From NCBI GenBank assembly GCA_043228905.1, contig JBHGNT010000002.1, positions 8,866,001 to 8,930,000 on the forward strand: a stretch of DNA of 64,000 nt. Reading direction: 5' to 3'. The translations under genes and the position numbers were made by a program. This DNA comes from Azolla caroliniana. Taxonomy: Eukaryota; Plantae; Polypodiophyta. The notes beneath the pieces were generated by a model. The model saw nothing but the letters and a program-made list of their open reading frames with translations. It ran no database searches and had not been told where the DNA came from. Positions within the stretch are counted from its first letter, which is position 1. Each line of letters starts with the position of its first letter. Shown here in pieces: positions 37,440 to 51,529 of this stretch.

Positions 37440-40192
37440 GTGAAGTGCCATTTTCTTGATGAGTTCGTGGGTGGGTTCTTTTGGTGTGCTCGTCGCGTGC
37501 TACAAAATGCCGATGTGATTGCGACATACACGCAAACTCGGCTAAGTCTCGAACCCATTTATTTTACCTTTTTTTCTTATTGACACCACAATGACATCTA
37601 AACGAACTAAGGAACATAAGGATATACAAGACGAGGCTATAAGTAAGGAGGACTTTTTAGATATGTTTAATCGTTTAACAAAAATAGAGATGGATATGAA
37701 AAAATGGGTGAAAGACGCAGAAACCCACAAGAAAAAAGATAGAGAGGAAAAAGACACCCTCAAGGCCGAAATAGAACAACTTAAAGTGGAAAACACCAAC
37801 CTTAAAAAACAACTTAAGGACATCGAGGTATCTCGAGAAGACGGTGAAATATCCTCTATAGAGGATATAAAGGACGAAATTAAAAAAGTTAAAGAGGAAG
37901 TTAATAATAACATAGAGTTAGCTAAAACGGGTTGGGTAGATGTGGTTAAAAGAAACATTAAAAAAGAAATAAAAGATGAAAATATTATTAATACCACCCT
38001 TGAAGAAGAGAAAATGTGTCAGGCCCGACGCTTAAATGTACGTGTCACTGGGCTCAAGGTGCATCCCCAAATGAGGATGCACAAACACTTGGGAAAATGT
38101 TAGGGTACACAGAGGCCCTACCTATCACCAAAGCATGGAGGGCCGGGCGTGACACAACTAGGAAGAGAGCCTTAGTCCTTCAATTTAAAGACTTAGACTC
38201 TAGAATCACTTTCTTTAAGAAGAGACCAATCCTTCGAGGAATGGGTGGGGACCCCATCTATCTCGATGAAGACCTCACTAAGATGCAAATTGAGCATCGC
38301 AAGAGTTGTATGCCATGAGTTATGCAAGCTCGTAAAGAAGGCCATCGCGCCTTTTACCGAGACGGGTGAGTGATCATAAATGATCACACTACTAATTGAT
38401 GGCGTGTGGCCCATGTGACAGAAAATGCACTTAGGATGACCTTATGGAATTGTAACGGCGCACTCTGGGCACACCCCGGCCGCCTAGAGGAGATACTAAA
38501 GGTATCTGATATACTTTTCTTGGTAGAAACACATCAGAGCCCAAATAGAGGACTCCCACGGGTCGAAGGATTCCGTTGGGAGTCCGCTTTTAGACAAACC
38601 TCACGTCACACACTACTAGGGGATTTGGAGGTGTCATGATACTGTTTCGTAGAGAGCTACATAATAGGATAGAAATAATGAAGATAGACCCAGAAGCTCG
38701 TTTTATGTGGGTGAAAGTCTCCACAAGCAAAGACCAGGCAGTATTTTTCGCCATTTGTTACTTTCCCCCAAAAGGATCTCGTTATAATATTGGTGGCTTG
38801 GCGAGATTAGTCGATGAAGGAATGCCACATGGGCCTTCTCCATACAAAATTGGACGCAATTAGAGAGACCATTGGTGATGATGTTATCACGCCAACTCCG
38901 AAGCAAATCGACTGTACCACATGACATTATTAGGGTTGAGTTCACGTTACCCCCAATGTTAGTAGAGGCACTTTTTCAACTTGTAGTCTTCATTCACATG
39001 ATACATAGCCAACCACATGATAGAATATCTCATCAAGCCTTTAAGGCCTCTCGATCATTGTATGAGTCCGGCTATACTAGCTCATGGTATGGCATGATGG
39101 TGAGTTGGCTTCTTGCGAATGGTCTAGACATTAATAACCTACCTCCCCTTAGGTACAACCACACAAGTGATAACACTTTAATCTCTCATGAGGACCGCAA
39201 TAAGTAATACGCCAAGAAATATGGCAGATTTACACTCGGTGTAAATGGATCACCCCACTAGAGCCACTCCCATCTAAAATGTTGTACTATAAGAAACACT
39301 TCATGCACTTCTCTGAGTTAGGTTTTATCACGCGGCCAAAATATCTAGATGTATTCTTACCACATGCACTAAGGGTTGCCATTGGACAACTTAGAATATC
39401 ATCTCACCAACTTGAGATTGAGAATGGCCGTACTAGTGGAGTCCCTAGGGAGGAAAGGATATTTAGGTTATGTCACATAGAGATGGAGGATGAGTACCAC
39501 TTTACATGCAAGTGTCCAACCTATGCCGAGATAAGGGCAAAATACCAAGACATACTTGGTTCGTCTCCCACCCTCCCCAAACTATTAGATACTCTAGATA
39601 TAAAGAAATTAGGCAAATACATTCTAGAGCTAAAACAACACAAAGAGAATAAGTTACAAAATGTTGACAATAATGTTGATAATGATCACGAACATGTAAC
39701 AAATGAAGTTTTTCAGGAACAGGGGGAGACAACGAATGTCGACACACTTGCACCACTCGGCCTTTCCATTGATGAGGCAGAAAACCAGAGAAGAACCAGA
39801 CGTCCTCGGGTGCCGGGTTTCAAAGCAACTCGACGTGATGTGGAAGCAATATTGAAAATAAGGGAACGTGAGCTACACCGCCTAGAAGCCATGGCTAGGG
39901 CACTCTCTACATTGGAACCACGGGTCACACCCACATCAAGACCCTTTGACCCCCCACTTCTTTTCGAGAGGCTTGGGTGGAAATAAAATTAGGCTTAGTG
40001 TATAATAGTCATTTTCGAGTATACTACGTATTGTACACTACTAGAACTCTTTTAGTTTAAGTTCTATTTTTTACTTAATTTTATTTTAGTTATGATGACT
40101 GGATAAATACTCTTTTGTTGTAAACCAATTGTCTCATGGGCCAAATCTGGCCTTAGAAGACGTTAATATATCTTTCTTTCTTTCTTTCTTTC
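37440..40192 (+). mobile_element. RTEX-clade LINE, internally deleted (RT missing)
   Basis: ORF1 37591-38370 (coiled coil, IYLDEDLT); APE N-terminus LWNCNG..DILFLVETH; C-terminus QLRISSHQLEIENGR..REERI..C..EDEYHFTCKCPTY; (TTTC)n tail 40171-40192; 5' end approximate. Confidence 0.85.
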
Positions 40193-40499
40193 AACCCCCA
40201 ACACCCTCATCATTCCTTCTTCTAAGAAATACAAGATGTGCTATATATTCCACGTCAATCCTGTCGCCCATTACTAGCAAGATCCTCAACCATCAAGCTG
40301 AAAGCATCAAGCTGAAAGCATCAATCTACTTGCACCAACAGAACCAGTTAGCCACCACTAATCTATTTCTACCCCCACACTTGCTAACATCATCCTTATC
40401 CAAAAACCAAATTAACCACTTCACTTTCTCGACATCAACCATCTCACCGCTTTATTTAAGTAAACCATTCTAATGCCTCCACCACCTCCTCTATCTTAA

Positions 40500-42285
40500 G
40501 TTATTGTTCACACTAAGAACAGTGCCGGTGGAGGGAACAACCAACGAGGTGGAATATAGTTCCAATTAACACCATCACATGTATCCAACATAATAGGAAT
40601 AGATGCCCAAATTCTTCAAATTTTCTTTCTTTTTCGGCTAGATGTATTGTCATAACCCTTATAACTATCATAATCACCTTTAACCATATGTACCAATAAT
40701 TCCAAGAAGGTCTTAACCTGATCCACAACATGAATTTGTTCATCATTGTATAATTTGGAACATCTCCCTTTCCAGAGAACCCATAAGGCCAAAGAGGAAA
40801 CAATCTGTCAAACCTAACTCCGTGAAAAGAACTTGAGTCCCTGGAAGGAGCTTGAAGCATAGCACACCTAAAAACCTTTTACATGTAATGCCAACGAAGA
40901 ATTATGATAATGGTAAAAAGCCATCTGTTGAGTCAATGTACCCCAAAAGATTTGCACCCTACGTGAAAATAGCTAACCTATACTTACGACCTAATAGCCT
41001 AAGAATTTGAAACCAAAAACTTTTGGCCACAACACATTCCCAAAAAACATGATGTAATGTCTCAGGTGCAAACCCACACATAACACATGATCGGTCAGGC
41101 ACTGGTCACCTCAATAAAGCTCCTACTAACAATGCAGAATGAATGAACCATCAAAAATACAATACTTTGTTCATACATTTGAATGCCCAAAATTGTTTCC
41201 AGAACTTCAACATATAAGAAGATGACACATTACCTTCCTCCCAGTACTTTTTCCCCGCAGGTACTAACTCAATGTGATTCAAGAGAATGTTTCTACCAAA
41301 CGCCACAGAATATGCGAAGAATGGAAGAACCTGGACAACTTCCAACCATAATCACATGGATCCCATTGCAAATCAGCAATTGTCCTAGAGTGTAAAACCC
41401 AAATATGAGATGCATAGTTAGCGATTAATGGATTAGGATCTATAAATATCTTTTTATCTAATCTAGCAATTACTCGCACTGGCAACTGCTTCGCAAAAGA
41501 CATAATTGGAGACTCCTCCTCTACTAATAACAACCTACCGTTATCCTGAACTTCATAAAAATAAAGGCTACCATTTTGATGATATAAATGAGCTCCTATA
41601 AGTATATTAAGTGTCGAGAACATACCATACCAACCCTGAAAATTGTCAAACTGTAAAGTTGGCACTGTTACCTGATACATCGTGGAAAATTGAGAAAACA
41701 TAATATTTGCCCCTCTTGTATTAGACAACAAATCCCTTTGGTTTTGAACCAAAATATGCAAAAACGGTAACCAATCCACAATTGCTCGGGCTAGGCCTCT
41801 ATCCATTACAACCCAAGATAACCTTAGTTGTAAACCCAAAACACATGCAGTTTCATCAATAAATAAAGGATTCCATAACAATGGCTGACGCAAGAATTGA
41901 TAATAAGTTTTTGGTGTCACAAAGACAAGTGCTTGACGAATACTTTCCCATGCACGTAGAATTCCATTAAAGAAACGTAAAGCTCCATCATTCGACTTAT
42001 GTAATGGAAAATCTCAATTAAAGAACCATCTAAGACTATCACTCCATTGACCACGTACCGATGGCTTAAACTTATAAAAATGACAAATCCATAACTCCTC
42101 TCCTGGCAATAAACTCCTAACAACATGTTTAGCAAGTAATGCTTTACTTTGCATAAAAGGATCAATCAAACCTAAACCTCCTTTTTGTTTAGGTTGTATA
42201 AGCACCGACCAAGCTACCTTTGCTACAAGATTGTCTGAACTAGCATTCCCCCAAATAAAATTCCGTACTAGACGTTGAACTTTGA
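40500..42285 (-). mobile_element. L1/Tx1-like LINE, 5'-truncated ORF2 C-terminal region
   Basis: RNFIWG, KVAW..LIQPKQKGGLGLIDP, QPLLWNPLF, zf-RVT CVMCG..ETLHHVFWEC. Confidence 0.82.
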
Positions 42286-43996
42286 GCTATGAAATGGCTC
42301 TTTGTATTGAAATCTCTATGGTCAAATATTATTGTGAGGTTCATGATGTGGGAGGGATGAAGAGTGTTTTGTTATCTCCCTAGGATCCATTGGTGAAATT
42401 TAACTCGTTGATTCAAGATTGTAGGAAGCTAACAACAATTTCTATAAAATTGATTAAGTACTAGAAATTTGAACAATAAATGAAGTCTATGGAAAACCAC
42501 ATTCTTCCATTTTGTTTTCCACTTTCTCTTTGCCTTTGCCTATATCGCTTGGTTTTGGAGTCAGCACATAAAGCTTTAGGTTTTCCCTCTTGTCAATGGT
42601 AGATCATTTCTTTTACCGGACCACCACTATTCATCTCCTTTTTTTAAGTCAAGTAGGTCCCTTTATTATTTCTCTTTTTTTCAACCTCCAATCCTTCTAC
42701 TAATAGAACTAAATGTCTTGCCATAATGTGAATTCATTATCCTTGTTCGTTTCTCAATGACATGCTTTTTTCAATATTTTATCCACACCGAAATTTGACC
42801 TGTTATTCCCTAATGTCCATTGATCTAATCCTTTTCCATCGAGCCGTCAAGCAACTTGAGGATGGGAAGAGCAAAGGGGCCATTAATTACAAAGAAACGA
42901 GAAAACCTTCATATGAAGCACAAGCTTCATGACTACACCAATGGGTGCCACATAACACAAACGCTTTGGTCTACTTAGTGGGTGCACAATCACATCAATA
43001 TAATTACCATCTGAGTATCCTTTAAGTTGATATTGACAAAAGGATTGGTTCTCTATGGTAAGTATTTCCACAATTAGATTCAAGCATTTTTTTATTGCAG
43101 TCATAAACAAATCACTTGCTCTTGACAATGACTAAGCACTAGCGTTTGATCTTTCTCTTTGTGATTCGAGAACCCTATCCCATAATGTTGTATTGATAAA
43201 TAGTTTATTAGCAAATTCTTCTTCTATTGGCCTTGCAAAGGAAAGGAAACATGTAGTGAGCTTTGCATTCCAAGTTATTTTCATGATGATTGTGTTTGGT
43301 ATGTATCTATCTATAAATTGTGATTACTCTACTAATTTTGTCACTTATCTTCACATTTAACGTTGATACTTTGAGGAAACATTTAAACTATGGAACCAAC
43401 CAATTAAGTCTTGTATTGACGCATATGATTTGTTAAACAATCAATTTTACATCTTCTATTGAAGGGGCAATTGTTACGAAACAATAGAGTCTATACAGAA
43501 CCCATCCATCAAAGCACAAGTTTTAGGATAGACAAAAGTGTTGTACCGCATATCACATATCACTCACTAGCTTCAACATTGCTTTAGGCATTTGGTTGCA
43601 TTGTTTGGATTCTCTTGGTCGTGTGGTTAATAGAATTTTTATCTTATAAGTGTAAGAGTGATGAGACATTATATTCTAACTAAGCTTAGTAGTATGTATA
43701 TTTATGAGGCCTTCACCGTATTGGGCAAGCCATGACAAGTTTCAATGTGTTACCATACAAGGAAGAAAGGGGTGAATATATGCTCATGTAAACGAAAGGA
43801 GCATATGGCTCCAAAGAATTTGTTCCGTTTTTAACTCTTCTTCTTCTTCCTTTTTTTACATTGGAGCCTTTGGCTCCTTTCCTTTACAAAAGAATTTGTT
43901 GACCTTTGTGGTACCTACTCCCCATTGAAATAAAGAATTAGTGGATAAGGAGGAGGTATTTCTAACCTAAGATTAGTTAAGAGGTAGTTGGCAAGT

Positions 43997-45262
43997 TTAT
44001 AACCTAATGGTGTGGGGCATGGTAGGCATGAGTTCAAGCAAGGATGCGGAGATGTTCCTTGCCGCGAGGCGGGTGTCAAGCGACGCGGCACTCTGTGCAA
44101 TAGCGACAGCTTTTACAAGGGCATTATGTTGGTATGCGTCACTTTTAACCTTGTCCGAGTCTGGGGAAGATTTGATAAGGAACCAAAGGATGTTAACCGC
44201 GAGGTAACTCGAATGTTCCGAGACACCACTCATGTGTTTAACAACAAGGTCTACATGAGAGCTCGTCGCTGCACGACCCTCCGCACAATGACATACCATC
44301 TCAAGGACCCTTAGGCCCAATTCCATGGTATGCTTATCCAAACTTCCACCCTTGAGAAGCCGGACGATCGATGCCACAACTTGCGCTTCTACGGCTAATA
44401 TCCTGTTCTTATTACAAGACTTGCAAAGCTCGAGGATGAGGCTCAATCCTACGCTTTTGATAGCACAACCCCCATCTTTGATGATCTCCACCAAGCTTTC
44501 CATGAAACCTTGCATCCCGCCGATCTTCCGCTTCATCACATCAGTCAATTGCAACCTCGCAAGGATCCTAACCGACACTTGCCTCGTCTCGGGCCTAGCC
44601 CGATTGGTGATGGACGCAAGGGAAGTGACCAATTCTTCGGACGCGTTCACATTATCCTCGTGTTCGGTCAAGAGATCGAGGAGACGCAAGGATTGGTCGA
44701 TGACGGCCACATTGCTCCAAGGTGTGAGGGTGTTGCCACCTAGGGCCATCGAGGCAGACAACATCATCATCATGGTAGTAGTCGAGCTACACGATTTTGA
44801 GAGGAGCTTACCCAATTGGGCTAACAAGCCCGATTGGATCATCTGATTCCGGAGGCGAGGCCGGAGGAGCAAGAGCTTGGTGAGCTTCTGGATGGAGTCT
44901 CCGGGGTCCGAGGTGCGGTCGCAGATGGCATCTACGAGGGCCGGGATCTCCTTGGTGGACGCGGGCTGGCGAGGGGTCACGATCCGCTGGATCCCCAGGC
45001 TTTGGTTTTGTTCGCACCACGATTGGATCATTCGGCGGAGGATATGGTTAGGGATGGGATCGAGCTCCTCGTCCGCATTGAGCGGGAGCCGGGTCACGGG
45101 GCATGTGTTGTGGCCTTCGTCCAGCCATTTCTCGATGCTTTGCCGATCGAATGTCTGGCCTGAGCTAAGCGTGACCGGATCCCGCATGAGCTCCAGTGAG
45201 ATCGGGCACACGAAGTAGGACGGCACCGGGACTTGGACATGGAGGTGGGGTTTCACTGACAT
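43997..45262 (-). CDS. Plant U-box (PUB) E3 ubiquitin ligase with ARM-like C-terminus, intronless, 421 aa (CMPG1/PUB20-26-like class)
   Basis: U-box PSYFVCPISLELMRDPVTLSSGQTFDRQSIEKW..NTCPVT..PNHILRRMIQSWC; RIVTPRQP; C-terminal LEMVCHCAEGRAA and AVNILW; uninterrupted ORF. Confidence 0.95.
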   Translation of the reverse strand: MSVKPHLHVQVPVPSYFVCPISLELMRDPVTLSSGQTFDRQSIEKWLDEGHNTCPVTRLPLNADEELDPIPNHILRRMIQSWCEQNQSLGIQRIVTPRQPASTKEIPALVDAICDRTSDPGDSIQKLTKLLLLRPRLRNQMIQSGLLAQLGKLLSKSCSSTTTMMMMLSASMALGGNTLTPWSNVAVIDQSLRLLDLLTEHEDNVNASEELVTSLASITNRARPETRQVSVRILARLQLTDVMKRKIGGMQGFMESLVEIIKDGGCAIKSVGLSLILELCKSCNKNRILAVEAQVVASIVRLLKGGSLDKHTMELGLRVLEMVCHCAEGRAATSSHVDLVVKHMSGVSEHSSYLAVNILWFLIKSSPDSDKVKSDAYQHNALVKAVAIAQSAASLDTRLAARNISASLLELMPTMPHTIRL

Positions 45263-45634
45263 GGCAAGAATTTCTAGGTCTAAAACAAGGGGGGGTTTCC
45301 TTGGACGGAAAAGATTTAGGGCTTGGGACTTCTAGCAAAGAAAGAAAGAAAGAAAACTTCCTAGAGTTTGGGTTTCTTAACACAGAAAGTTGTAGATGAG
45401 GGGGGGTGTTTAGAGTTCTGGGTTTCTAAAGGTAACTTTCTGAAGCAGAGAGGAAAAGAAGAAGGGAACAGAGGAAGTTAGGGTTAAGAGAGTTTGTGAA
45501 ACAGAGGATTTAGGGTTGGAGTTTTGGAAACAGGGGAAGAAGAAGAATTGGGGATGAGGAGGAGGAGGCAGAGAATTGAATGAAAGGAAATGAATTTGTT
45601 AAAAGGTTAGGTTAGGAAAGAAAGGAAGGATTGG

Positions 45635-45800
45635 AGAGCTTATATATGTCTATGGAGAGCTTTTCTTATTAGTGAGAGCGCGTTCTATTTAATTCATTCA
45701 TTTTTGTTTTGTTTTGTTTATTCAAAGGGTACTATTACTACTTACTAATAATAAGAAGAAGAAGAAAAAGAAAAAGGAGGAGGGGTAGAGTCAAATTTTT
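45635..45800 (-). promoter_or_regulatory. Putative proximal promoter of the PUB gene
   Basis: TATATAAG near 45640 upstream of a CT-rich leader; CGCG box (ACGCGC) near 45680; W-box TTGACT near 45790. Confidence 0.5.
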
Positions 45801-46185
45801 TTGAAAGAAAGAAGAAAAGGAACAACATTCAAAGTTGGAAGATTTCTACGGTTGGACTTGATCTTTATATTGAAACGAGTTTGGGGTAGGCTCTCTGGGT
45901 GGCAGTGTGAAGAGGTGGTGGGGCCTTTTGGCCTCTAGGGTCCGCCTTTTGGCCTCTGCTTTGGCTTCATTTGGACGGAGCATACCCACCCTCGCAGTAT
46001 GAAACAACCCCTATCCTTGCTTGAAAATAATAATAATAATAATAAGACACCCACATGCCTCTTGCCTCTGGGGATAACACTCCTCCGACATTCCGAAACT
46101 TTGGAAATTTGACATCACCTGATGCTGTGTTAAAGATTATTTGTAATGTAAGCATAAAACAAGGAAATAGATGATAGATCGTAAA

Positions 46186-46189
<4 letters not shown>

Positions 46190-46232
<43 letters not shown>
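46190..46232. repeat. (AG)n microsatellite
   Basis: About 21 AG units. Confidence 0.95.
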
Positions 46233-46237
<5 letters not shown>

Positions 46238-49200
46238 GGCGATCCACCTGACTCCTCGTAGCATGCATGCACTGCAACTACTATCAAAAGAAATGCAACC
46301 GACGAATTCTGTAGCCTGTATGTTGCGTCAAATGGACAATGGATTGGATTGAATGTTGTGCTAATACAACAGTAAAAATGATTGGTTGTGAAACGATAGT
46401 GTCGACGATTGTTATGTTAGCACATCTAGAGGGAGAGAATGTATGTCACACTAATATGGCAGTAAAATGCTTCGTCGCCCCAAAATGGGATTGGGATAAC
46501 ATAATTATCCAAGAACAAAATGGTGGGGGTAACAAAACACTTCATGTCGTCGATGGGGGTGGAAACTCAACAAACAACGAAGTAACGTTGATAAATGATG
46601 GCTTGCAAAGATAGTACAAAGTAGGAATTAAAGTAGTTGATGATAAAGTTTCGGAGTGAAATAGTTCCAATTGTCTACATTAATGTTGTCCCAAGTGGCA
46701 TTTTGTGCCCAAGCATTCATATGTTACTCTTTTTCTTGTTGTTCACTTGGCCCTTTCTCAATTGCATGAACCACACCCACCCTGTTTGCATCGCTTTCTT
46801 GGACATAAAAGAAGATTCTTGGTGGAAAGACCCTAGCTTCACAATAAGTATCTATCTTGTTATGTGAAGGCACTTTGTGCTCAGTTGAATATGTTTGCAA
46901 GGGGATGGCGTGCTTGTATGGCGATGATTCAGTTTTTCTTGAAAATATGCTTTGGTACATAGGTTCAGAATGGGGCCCCACAAATGTGTTTTGGGGTGAG
47001 TGAACGCTTTGGATAAAGTGAGAAAGACCCTTTAGTGTGTCTCGGGGTTTCATATTACAAAAAAGTCGGAGCGGACAATGTCATTATAAATGATTTTGTG
47101 GTAGACTAATTTCCGACGTCTTAATTGCTTTCAATTTCTTGCCTAGGCAAATTGTTCCTTCTTTATACATACTTTTTACTTTCGTAAAAACTTTTCAATT
47201 TCGTGTCATCTAATCGAGGTGAACCAAACTTTCACTTCACCAACCCTTGCAATATGTTCATACGTTTGCATGCCACTTTTCCATTCGCATTGATTGGGCA
47301 AAACACATAGTTTATTTACCAGAGCAACTAGTTAATTCAAGCACCTCAAAAAGCAACGGATCTCACTATTTCATCTTCCCTTACTATAATTAAATGGTGT
47401 TTATAACGAAATTCTTTACATCATATTTCCAATCCTCGAAGGTTTGACAATTTCCTATCATGGCTTTTTTTTAGGCTCCTTACGTTCCAGTTCACAACTA
47501 TTCTTTAAAGAAGCAAACAAAAGCAATGTGTGCACACATGTCATTGAAATGTCTCATCATCCTTGTCATTTTTTCTTCATCCCCTTGATTTTTTCTCATT
47601 ATTAGGTTTCTAGATCATTTTTTTAAGGATGACATGTGTACTTTAAACATACACTTATGAGACGTGGGCTACATCTCCGTGTCCACCGGAGATGAGGGGC
47701 CAACAACATGATACCTAAGAAAGTAATAAATCTAAGAGGTTGTTTGAAACACGTCCTATGACAATGTGACATTGGTTTTGAAGAATCCTATTATTAATAA
47801 CTCCATTCAAAGAAGCCTCGAATTTGTTGAAACAATATGCAAAATATCCCCATAAAGAACTTTCAATGTGTAGAAACAATGCTGAATAAATATTATCCTT
47901 TCAAATGACAAATTTGGGGTCATTTTATGCCATTCTTAATTGTTGCGGCTTAGAAAATCATGTCATTATAATTCTAGACAAATAGATCATATTTTTTCAA
48001 AACAATATCATCACAATTCTAAACTTTTAGGTCTTGTTTTCTTGAAAAATCCTAGCTTGTGTTGGGAATTCCCTTAATTCTAAAGTTATACTACATTTTG
48101 TGTGAGCCATGTGTGGCCAAACCCGAAGAATCAAATCTACATGGAAAGGAATTCTTCCTTTAAATTTTACAGTTAGATTCTAAAAGCACCAACACGCTAC
48201 TTAATGGCCCACTCAATGCCCAAGAAATGTTTTTCTAATCGAGGTCATCTCCCTAGTGGCTCATTTTCTTTTAGCTTGGCATATATCATGGAAAGGTATC
48301 CTTTTCTTACAACCGAGGCCCCCTATACATATATCTGTGAGTGTTCGTGCCTGTGTAAACCATTGAGACAATTGCAAAGCTTGGATGACCAAATGTATAC
48401 AATTGTCAATATTCTAACATTTTCTAGTAATAGGATGACCAAGTGCTCCCAGGTATGACAAGTAAGACTTTATAGACATCTTGCTTTTGTCTTTCTTAAG
48501 AACATAAGTCAAACTGCAAAATTATATATTCTAGAATTTGTATGGAATGAGTGCCATACTTTTAATAGACTTTACATTGGGCAATGTAATACTTAATTAC
48601 TTATTGTTTTGAGAATTACAAGAAAAGTGATTGTAGCCTTGGTTTTAAGCAAAATGTGTAATATTGATACATCCTTTCATATGCATGACCAATATGTGTA
48701 TACATAGAGGAAAATTAATCATTAATGTTTTACTCAAAATATGATAACATTCGGTGTTTCCCATCATAATCTCATTGTCTGATATGTGTGCAAACACACA
48801 TGTTCAAGGCATAGTGACATGGGAATAACCCGCATCATATAAATGTTAGTACCTACCCCTAGTAAAAAGAAAAAGGTAACTTTTTAAGTTTAGTAACCAA
48901 ATGCATTAACCCTTTCAAATCCATAGATTCCTCTGATAGTCAAAGCCATTTTCACCTTTTTTGGGCAAAGACTTTTTTTAATCTATGTATTCATCTTGAA
49001 CCTGCCTAGATGGAAAATTGTCTCATCTAAGTGTAGTGCACCTGGCATAAAATGGAATCCACGTTGCATACTATGATAGATTATTTGGGGAATCTATAGG
49101 TGAATAGATGTATCATTGGACTGAAAAATTTACCAAATGTCAAACTTTGGTGATATATTTTATTTATCTCTTTTTCTTTTAGTTTATTTCTTTATTAAAT

Positions 49201-49619
49201 GTTCAAGTCCCTATAGGATGAGGATTAATCCCACTTTCAACTCTTTGCTTGTTGGCTTGTTAGTTTACACCATAGCATCAATGTCATAAAATTAAGAGAA
49301 CCAAGAGAACCCAAGTTCAATCATCACATGGTGGACATTAAAAAGATATCTATCTATCTCTCCCAATAGCTTTTTCATCTACCGAGGTAGATGGATACAT
49401 GAATTACATGAACTAAATGCCACAATTGGGTATATTGTAGACGGATACATTGCACATGAAACATTGGATTTATTGTAGATGTATACAATTACACATGAAC
49501 TACATGGTGCTATTGGGCCTTTTATTATTGCTTAGAATGGAGACTAACATATCAGAAGAGCAATCTACAATAATTGGCTATACTATTTATATGGGAGGGA
49601 CACACACAATCATAAGAAC

Positions 49620-50280
49620 AATAGGTTTTTTATGAAGGAAATGAGCAATAATAACAAGAGAGGTTGCCTATTTTCATGGGGATCAACAATGTGGGTAGTG
49701 TTAGATTCGAGCTTGATGTTGTATGAGGTAGACGATGTTCAGGAGGCAGTGATGGTACATAATAGAAGATTGATATTAGTTAGCCCCTTTCAACAACCTC
49801 GAAAGCAAGTGTGATCTGTGCAAACAATGACTGCAGTAACGTTATGGGTATTATGGAAATGTCGATGTAACTGACATTACGATGTGGCAGATATTCGTCT
49901 CTCAAATGTCTTGCTTGAGATATGGGAGAACTTGTTGGCAATAGTTTGTGGCCAGTATGACAATATGCATGGTTCCCCAGAGAAGGAAGAAGCTTCTTCA
50001 CTTATGGAAAAAGTTTCCCTTGTTTATAGAGTCAACTAAAGGGCCGCAATGGCACTATCGACTTCCATGGACCCTTTCTTGATTATTTGTAAATCATGGC
50101 AGTGTACATCAACAAATTCCAACACCTTCCACAAAAGTCCTAACTTTGGTGTTTGGATTATTGTACATCATTGTAGATAAAAAGTTGTAAGCTTCCAGGT
50201 AGACAAGTTCAAGTTTTAGCCTTCTGGCATTTTTTCTTAATACTATTGAAGAAAATCTTTAAAAAGAAGAAGAAAGAAAG
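49620..50280 (+). mobile_element. Decayed L1-like LINE 3' fragment
   Basis: VTLWVLWKCRC and WHYRLPW remnants match the other LINE C-termini; A-rich end about 50260-50280. Confidence 0.55.
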
Positions 50281-50527
50281 CAAGAGGGGATGATAAATAG
50301 ACCTAACTTCAAGAAGTATAGAAATTTTAGAGATCAAACTTGTGCTTGATTTACACAATCAATTCCAAACCTTAACAAGGGTTTTGAGAGAGCGGGCGAG
50401 CGAGAGAATCAATGCAAGTCAAAAAAAAAAATCCATAAAAAACTTGCTCCATTGGTATTAAAATAAAAAAGGCCAGAGGCATTATACAAATAGTATATAA
50501 TGTTTGCTTCATCTCCACAAGTAATCA

Positions 50528-50745
50528 TCAAAGAAATGACCAAATATAAGTGATGACATTTGTCAAGATAAGGATAATTATAATCCATGAATACAACTCT
50601 GAACCCTTGCCAATAACATCTTTGCTACAACAAGGTAGGATACCACATATAAAGGTGATACAATTGGGGACCATACTGTCAATCTCCAACATATGAAAAC
50701 AAGTTAGTGTTTCATCGAAACATCCATGTTCTATAAGCTCTATCA
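50528..50745 (-). pseudogene. PPR (PLS-class) fragment
   Basis: EHGCFDETLTCFHMLEIDSMVPNCITFICGILPCCS...KGSELY resembles an L/S PPR motif. Confidence 0.55.
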
Positions 50746-50759
50746 TCTGAGACCACATC

Positions 50760-51465
50760 TGTAGTTAGACGCGTCTGAAATACATCTTCCTTTGCCCCTT
50801 GTCAGGGTCTCTAAAAACTTCATGTTGTAGACAAAGGTGGCTGAACTTGATTCCGCATATAGTGAAGCTCCTGGTTGTCCCACCTTGGCCGGTCATTTGA
50901 AAAATTCATGTTTGCATTTGGTTCCGCATATACTAAAGATCATGCTCAACATATAAACAACTTCCTGTAGTCCAAGAGAATACATTTCTTGCGGATAGTC
51001 ATGCTCAACATATATACCTTGGCTGTCCACTAGCTATTGCTTCTGAAGTATTAGTTCACATAACACATCCAATAATTCAATAAATACCCATACCTTGCAT
51101 ACATATGTAGAAATTGTCACAGACATTGCCCATAAAAACTGTCTTCAACAATTTGAGCATGTATAGCCAACCCAACATAGAATGCATTTGTATTGGCCCA
51201 ATCACTCAAGCCGCTTGGCAAATTTTTGTAGGTCAAGACCTTCTTCAATTGCTGCAGTTGAAGACACGAAAAACAGTCCATGATGCACATGCCGCTTGGG
51301 GTAAACCATGATGGGCCGCCTTGGATAGCCCCCATTTAGATGTCCTTCATCTCCACGACCATTGAAATGTACTTGTATTGAATCTCCGTACCATCAACAC
51401 TCCGGTTTATCACAACCTTCATGTTCTCACAACAACCATGCGCCGATAACACCACAATTATCTAC
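50760..51465 (-). pseudogene. Decayed exon(s) of an unrecognised protein
   Basis: TTTTATAG acceptor near 51466 and AAG|GTATG donor near 51092 bracket a ~120-codon frame with two stops (GGPSWFTPSG..LSDWANTNAFYVG). Confidence 0.3.
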
Positions 51466-51529
51466 CTATAAAACAAAATGATCTATGTCCTCATCTCCTC
51501 AAACAAATATGCTTCGACCCCCACATCAT

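Noticed and set aside
44007-45218. Plus-strand ORFs overlapping the PUB gene
   Set aside because: Antisense shadows of a GC-rich CDS
46300-49600. Short ORFs upstream of the PUB gene
   Set aside because: No recognisable domains or consistent splice structure; treated as intergenic
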